A stretch of DNA of 62,537 nucleotides, counting the filler. It is 16 parts of 16 records of this genome, joined end to end, with 100 filler letters (N's around TTAATTAATTAA, not from the genome) between each part and the next. Parts side by side here need not be neighbours in the genome. Positions count along the whole stretch, not along the records: positions 47,981 to 58,088 come from SRR9188676_1931; positions 58,189 to 62,537 come from SRR9188676_1945; 14 more parts are not named here. One strand, 5' to 3'. Positions within the stretch are counted from its first letter, which is position 1. Each line of letters opens with the position of its first letter. Below, piece after piece: positions 55,037 through 62,537 of this stretch. Position numbers and translations under genes: made by a program. The notes beneath the pieces are model-generated. The model saw nothing but the letters and a program-made list of their open reading frames with translations. It had not been told where the DNA came from and searched no databases.

Positions 55037-57547
55037 CTACCCACAATCCACATCCACTACAATTCCAACGCCTTTAAAGTCTTTTGATAGTTCTATGTTT
55101 TGTACTTGTTCGGCAATAAAGGCTTTTGCTCCTTTTAGGTTGATGGTTTTTTCGAGTTTTATCATGATTTCAAATAAATACTGATTGCGTACTCTTTCTA
55201 CCAATGGTTTTTCTGGGCCTAATACTCTTGGTGTTCCCAGTTTTTCGATAAGCTTTTGGGCTAAAGCTTGGGCTGCTTTTTCGGCATTGGGTTGGTCGAT
55301 ATGCCTTAAAGTAATCTTGATGATTCTGGTAAAAGGTGGATATTGAAAGTCTTCTCGCTCCTTGATTTCGTCTTGATACAAACCAACATAATCATTTTCG
55401 ATAATCTGTTGCAGTATTTTTTGCTTCGGATTATTGGTCTGAATCAATACTTTGCCTTGCGTTCCTCTTCGTCCTGCTCGTCCTGCTACTTGTATCAGCA
55501 TTTGAAAAGCTCTTTCCGATGAACGAAAATCTGGGAAATGAATCATTCTATCCGCATCAAAAATGCAGACAAGACTCACTTTTTCAAAATCCAATCCTTT
55601 AGAAACCATTTGCGTACCTACCAAAATATCTACCGCACCGCTTTCTACTTCATTAATCAAGGTTTGGAAAGCCGTTTTGGTTCTGGTAGTATCTAAATCC
55701 ATGCGGGCGATTTTGGCATTTGGCAAAAAGATTTGTAATTCTTCTTCCAATTTTTCTGTGCCATAACCTCTTGTTTTCAACTTGGTAGAACCACAAGCCT
55801 GACAAGTTTTAGACATCGGTTCGTGGTGTCCGCAATAATGACAACGCAATTCTTGATTGCTATAATGATAAGTAAGACTTACATCACAATTGGGACAAGC
55901 CGCAATAGTATCGCAATCTTCGCATTGGATATATGGCGAATAACCTCGACGATTTTGAAATAAAATTGTCTGCTGTTTTTTCTCCAGATTCAAGCCCATC
56001 GTATCTAACATCAAGTTTGAAAAATCACCTTTGGTTAGTTTTTGTTTTCGAGCCGCCTTGATGTCGATAAGTTCAATGTCGGGCAATTGCGTATTACCAA
56101 AACGTTCTTTCATTTCTACAAAGCCATATCTTTCGGTTTTGGCATTGTAAAAACTTTCGATAGAAGGCGTAGCAGAACCTAAGAGTACTTTAGCTTTTTG
56201 TCGATGAGCAATCACCACTGCCACATCTCTGGCATGATAGCGAGGAGCAGGGTCGAATTGTTTATAAGAAGTTTCGTGTTCTTCGTCAACAATGATGAGT
56301 CCGAGATTATCAAATGGCAAAAACACCGCAGAACGCACGCCTACCACAAATTGAAATTTGCCAGAAACAACACCTTTCCATACTTCTACCCGTTCATTAT
56401 CCGAAAATCGAGAATGATAAATGCCCATTTTATCGCCAAAAACTTTGCGTAATCGCACCACAATTTGAGTAGTCAAGGCAATTTCTGGCAATAAATACAA
56501 TACTTGCGAGCCACTTTCCAGTACTTGTTCAATCAGTTTGATATATACTTCGGTTTTTCCACTGCCCGTAATGCCATGCAAAAGCGTAGTGTCTTTTGTC
56601 TGGAAACTTTGCATGATTTCAGAGAAAGCTTTTTCTTGAGATTCGGAAAGTACAGGCGTTGGAGCTTCCACAAAGTCAAGGTCTTCTTCAAAGCGGCTAA
56701 CGATTACTTCAAATTGTTCGAGAATACCATTTTTCAATAAAGTACTCAGCGAACTTTCCGAAACATTTGCTTTGGTTAAAGCACTTTTTTCTAAACCTTT
56801 TTTGTTTAATTCGGGCGTGCGGAGGACGGGAACGAATTTTAAATAATTCAAAATCACATCCAATTGTTTGGGTGATTTTTCTAATTCTCCAATCAAAGCT
56901 GTTAAGTAACTGGCATCTTCATAAAAGTGATTCAGTCTGATTTTTTTAAGAATCTTTGGTGTGTATTTTTCACGTACTTCTTCAAAAACAATGACAGCCT
57001 TTTTCTGAATTAAAGACTTAATGATATGATAAACATTCTTTACTTCGGCAAAACGAGCGAGTTCATCATAGTTCAAAGACTGATGTTTTTTGAGTTCTTC
57101 GATGATTTCCGTTTCACGTTCTGTCAATAAAGTAGGCTGGTCGAATTCGGGATTAAACTGTACTTTCGATAAACTCGAAATCTTCAAACCCGAAGGCAAA
57201 GCAATATTCAATACTTCGCCGACGGTACACATATAATAATCGGCAATCCAATAGAAAAGCTCAATTTGTTTGGTATTCACCAAAGGAGCGTCATCTAATA
57301 CTTCTAAAATATATTTAGCTTGATATTTCTCTGGCGGTTTGTTATGAATTCGTGCAATGACAGCCGTAACAACCTTCGTTTTCCCGAATTGCACAATTAC
57401 TCTTAAACCAGCAGTAATACTGGCAGCGTACTCACGTGGCACACGATACGTAAAAGTATTCGGTACAGCAACAGGCACGATTACATCGGCAAAAAGGGTG
57501 ATTTCTTCTGTATATAAAGATGCTTGAGTATGTTCTGAAGATTGCAT
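55037..57547 (-). CDS. priA: Primosomal protein N' (replication restart helicase)
   Basis: LLHGITGSGKTEVY, LLPEIALT, IIVDEEHE, LGSATPS, NRRGY, four CxxC pairs, RMDLD, ILVGTQM, QVAGRAGR, YPPF, VDVD. Probable start MQSSEH. Confidence 0.97.
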   Translation of the reverse strand: MQSSEHTQASLYTEEITLFADVIVPVAVPNTFTYRVPREYAASITAGLRVIVQFGKTKVVTAVIARIHNKPPEKYQAKYILEVLDDAPLVNTKQIELFYWIADYYMCTVGEVLNIALPSGLKISSLSKVQFNPEFDQPTLLTERETEIIEELKKHQSLNYDELARFAEVKNVYHIIKSLIQKKAVIVFEEVREKYTPKILKKIRLNHFYEDASYLTALIGELEKSPKQLDVILNYLKFVPVLRTPELNKKGLEKSALTKANVSESSLSTLLKNGILEQFEVIVSRFEEDLDFVEAPTPVLSESQEKAFSEIMQSFQTKDTTLLHGITGSGKTEVYIKLIEQVLESGSQVLYLLPEIALTTQIVVRLRKVFGDKMGIYHSRFSDNERVEVWKGVVSGKFQFVVGVRSAVFLPFDNLGLIIVDEEHETSYKQFDPAPRYHARDVAVVIAHRQKAKVLLGSATPSIESFYNAKTERYGFVEMKERFGNTQLPDIELIDIKAARKQKLTKGDFSNLMLDTMGLNLEKKQQTILFQNRRGYSPYIQCEDCDTIAACPNCDVSLTYHYSNQELRCHYCGHHEPMSKTCQACGSTKLKTRGYGTEKLEEELQIFLPNAKIARMDLDTTRTKTAFQTLINEVESGAVDILVGTQMVSKGLDFEKVSLVCIFDADRMIHFPDFRSSERAFQMLIQVAGRAGRRGTQGKVLIQTNNPKQKILQQIIENDYVGLYQDEIKEREDFQYPPFTRIIKITLRHIDQPNAEKAAQALAQKLIEKLGTPRVLGPEKPLVERVRNQYLFEIMIKLEKTINLKGAKAFIAEQVQNIELSKDFKGVGIVVDVDCG

Positions 57548-57739
57548 TTGCTTGATTAACAATTCCTGTAAATAGTACAGAAATGAAAGAGATTCTAATT
57601 TAAATGCTCGATTTGGTCGAGAATATTGCAATTTACATGAAATAATGGTTTGGTAATATAGCCGACAAGTAGGAAGCAAAGAAATGTAGTAGTTTTGTTT
57701 GATGGCAATTTGTGGAATCTAAACCCTCAGAAAAATTTT

Positions 57740-58088
57740 ATGAAAAGCTTTATCATCTTCCTCATCACCTTCCTAATCAGTTTTGCGGGTTCGTTTCATC
57801 CTGGACCTCTGAATATGTCGGTGATTCAAAAAACACTAGTGAAAAACCTTAGTGCTGGTTTGTGGATGACTTTGGGAGGAGTTATTCCCGAAATGATTTA
57901 TGGATATTTTGCGGTTGAAGGTTTAAAAATATTTGAACAGTATCCTCTTGTTTTTGAAATTATGCAATGGGCTGTTTTGCCTATTTTATTATTGGTCGGG
58001 TGGAATTATTTAAAACCTAAGAAAAAGCAAGAAGCCTTGCTGAAAACAACAGAAGTACAGGCAGAAATAAAGGTGTTATCATTGGGCG
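57740..58088 (+). CDS. LysE-family translocator, 3' truncated
   Basis: FLISFAGSFHPGPLNMSVIQKTL...G...EMIYG, the hydrophobic LysE N-terminus with the PGP motif. Confidence 0.8.
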
Positions 58089-58594
58089 NNNNNNNNNNNN
58101 NNNNNNNNNNNNNNNNNNNNNNNNNNNNNNNNTTAATTAATTAANNNNNNNNNNNNNNNNNNNNNNNNNNNNNNNNNNNNNNNNNNNNGTGGGAACTATC
58201 CCCCTTTTTGACAGTGTACATGCCGTGGCACAGGGGCAAGGGTTAGCTCACAGCCAACACCTCACCAACACCTGCCAGTTGGCCCAGGTCAAGATCTTCC
58301 TCGTCGTCGTACCAGGAAAGAAATGAAGCAGAATGAACCCACTTCTCCGGATGAGGGTATTTTTGCTGACCAGAGCCGACAAAATTTGAATCGCCGAACT
58401 GGTTGCTCAGAATACATATCAAGAATATGTCACACTGGGGGAAAGGCATCAGCCGAATTGGATGAAACGTGATAACAAGTGGAACATTTCGGAGGGAACT
58501 GGGTGGATGGAACGGCACCCAGCCTTTTCCCCAGTCTATACAATTTCTGAAGGTTCATCGGGGAATTCATTGACGATGAAATTGCGAAGTTTGT

Positions 58595-60908
<2,314 letters not shown>

Positions 60909-61043
60909 GTCACAACAGGAAAAAAAAGGAAGGGAAGGGAGAGGAAGGGAGATGTTCGCGCCAGAAAAATCCAGGAGAATGTTTATTGGCACTTCTCTGT
61001 GGCATTTGAGCCTCGGTGTCTCGACAAAGAAACACAAAAAACA

Positions 61044-62404
61044 ATGGAAACTTTTTTACTCTGGATGGGATTTGGCTTGATTGCTATCATGTGGATGGTT
61101 TTTATGTCGTCACGGCGGAATAGACGAAGTGAAACCCCTGAACCTCTTGAAGATTTGCCTCCATTGGCTTCAGGCAGAACCAGCCAGGACGCAAATGACT
61201 CTGCTCCTGGCTTTGAAGTTGACAATCTTCTCTTCAAGTCACCAAGTACGATGTCGCTGAACTCTGCTGGTGATAACCTGGAGTCAATAGGGGAGCAAGG
61301 CAGAAAGATTCTGATCGTGCGAAACGATCTTCCGATTCGCTGCTTTCGTAATGAGCGAGGAGGTATAATTTCTTGATATCACATCTATGCATTCCCTGTT
61401 TCACTAATAACTTTCTGCGTGCTTCAGGGATTGAGGCAGAATGGCGTAATTCTCAAGATATTCTCACACCATTGCGTAACTTTGACTTCAATATCGATGG
61501 AGAGTCTGATCCTCGCCCAATTTATATGGGACACCCTGGCATTCGTGTTCGACCTGATGAGAAAGAACCATTAACTGAAATGCTCTGGTCAAAGTTCCGT
61601 TGCATCCCCGTGATGCCGAGGGACGAAACCTTTGACCAACATTCCAATGGATTTTGTCGGACTGTCTTATGGCCTTTGTTCCATTACATGACCAGCTCTG
61701 AAGGATTTCGGGTATTTTTCATGATTCATTTCAAAACAAATGCTGCTGGGTATTAACAACCGCACTTGTAGAAATTTGATCGAAACCAATGGCAGGCATA
61801 CACTGCAGTAAACAACATATTTGCAAAAGAAATTGTTTCCCATGTAGAAGATGGTGATTTGGTTTGGGTCAACGATTACCATCTCTGTCTTCTGCCCGCA
61901 TTGTTGCGAAAGAAGGTAGATAATTCCATTCCCTATTCCATGTTTCTGTATACTGATCCTTCTCTTCTTAGATTCCTCACGTAAATGTAGGGTTTTTCCT
62001 TCATACTCCATGGCCCAGTTCTGAGCTTTTCCGCACCCTGCCTGTGAGGAAGGAGCTCCTACAGGGAGTGTTGAACTCAAATCTCCTGGCATTTCATACC
62101 TTCGACTATGCTCGTCACTTCCTTTCTTCTTGCCGTCGCCTCTTAGATCTAGATCTCTCAACGACATCACAGTCTCATTGCACAGGTATGAAACAATAGC
62201 GTCCTTTGCTACGATAGCCCTGATAAAATTTAATATAGTCTGATAATTTCCTCTTCCTAGGCCTTTCTGTACAATATTGCGGTCGGACGATCATCGTTCG
62301 ATGTTTACCAGGAGGTGTGGACGCGGCAGCTCTTGCTCAGCTCTGCTCATCCTCCACATCACAACATCGAATCTCAGCCGAGCTCGCCAACACTCGTGGT
62401 CGTC
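61044..62404 (+). CDS. Trehalose-6-phosphate synthase family protein (GT20, class II-like), 5' exons
   Basis: [99 protein letters not shown]. Confidence 0.92.
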
Positions 62405-62537
62405 GTGTACGTGTTTCTATATCAAAGTTTGGACCCAACCTGGAATTGCAAGAGTATGGCTTGCGACTCATAGCTCAGTAGGGAGAGGATGAGTGGTGAT
62501 TGAGTGGTTGGGAGAGAGAGAGAGAGAGAGAGAGAGA

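Overview
This window is not one genomic locus. It is 16 contigs joined by an artificial 100-bp linker (44 N + TTAATTAATTAA + 44 N), so adjacency across a linker means nothing. Fourteen contigs come from an intron-rich microbial eukaryote of undetermined lineage, with short GT-AG introns and compact head-to-head gene pairs. Reading across introns identifies CARNMT1, a kinesin, a MINPP1/phytase-like phosphatase, THOC7, TXNDC9, HDHD2, an HBS1/SKI7-like gene, CNOT10, NSE3/MAGE, a group I truncated hemoglobin, V-ATPase subunit H, a Myb factor, HDAC3 and a trehalose-6-phosphate synthase-family gene. Two contigs are bacterial. The first is a high-GC sphingomonad-like piece (2205-10802) with a permease, GH27, GH2, a TonB-dependent receptor and a dipeptide epimerase. 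The second is a low-GC Bacteroidota piece (47981-58088) with an ATP-grasp protein, an M24 peptidase, map, a PAS-LuxR regulator, a LamG lipoprotein, a pseudogene, priA and LysE. The best leads are: (1) a frame-symmetric 447-nt exon in the HBS1 gene carrying Ski7-type SKI/exosome-binding motifs; (2) a decayed viral fibre gene with a peptidase S74 chaperone domain inside a eukaryotic contig; (3) a truncated hemoglobin ending in -KCC; (4) a TPS protein with an N-terminal membrane anchor; (5) a palindromic operator overlapping a Bacteroidota promoter next to a LuxR gene. I cannot show that any of these is a wholly new system. All identifications come from motif recognition by eye, without database searches.
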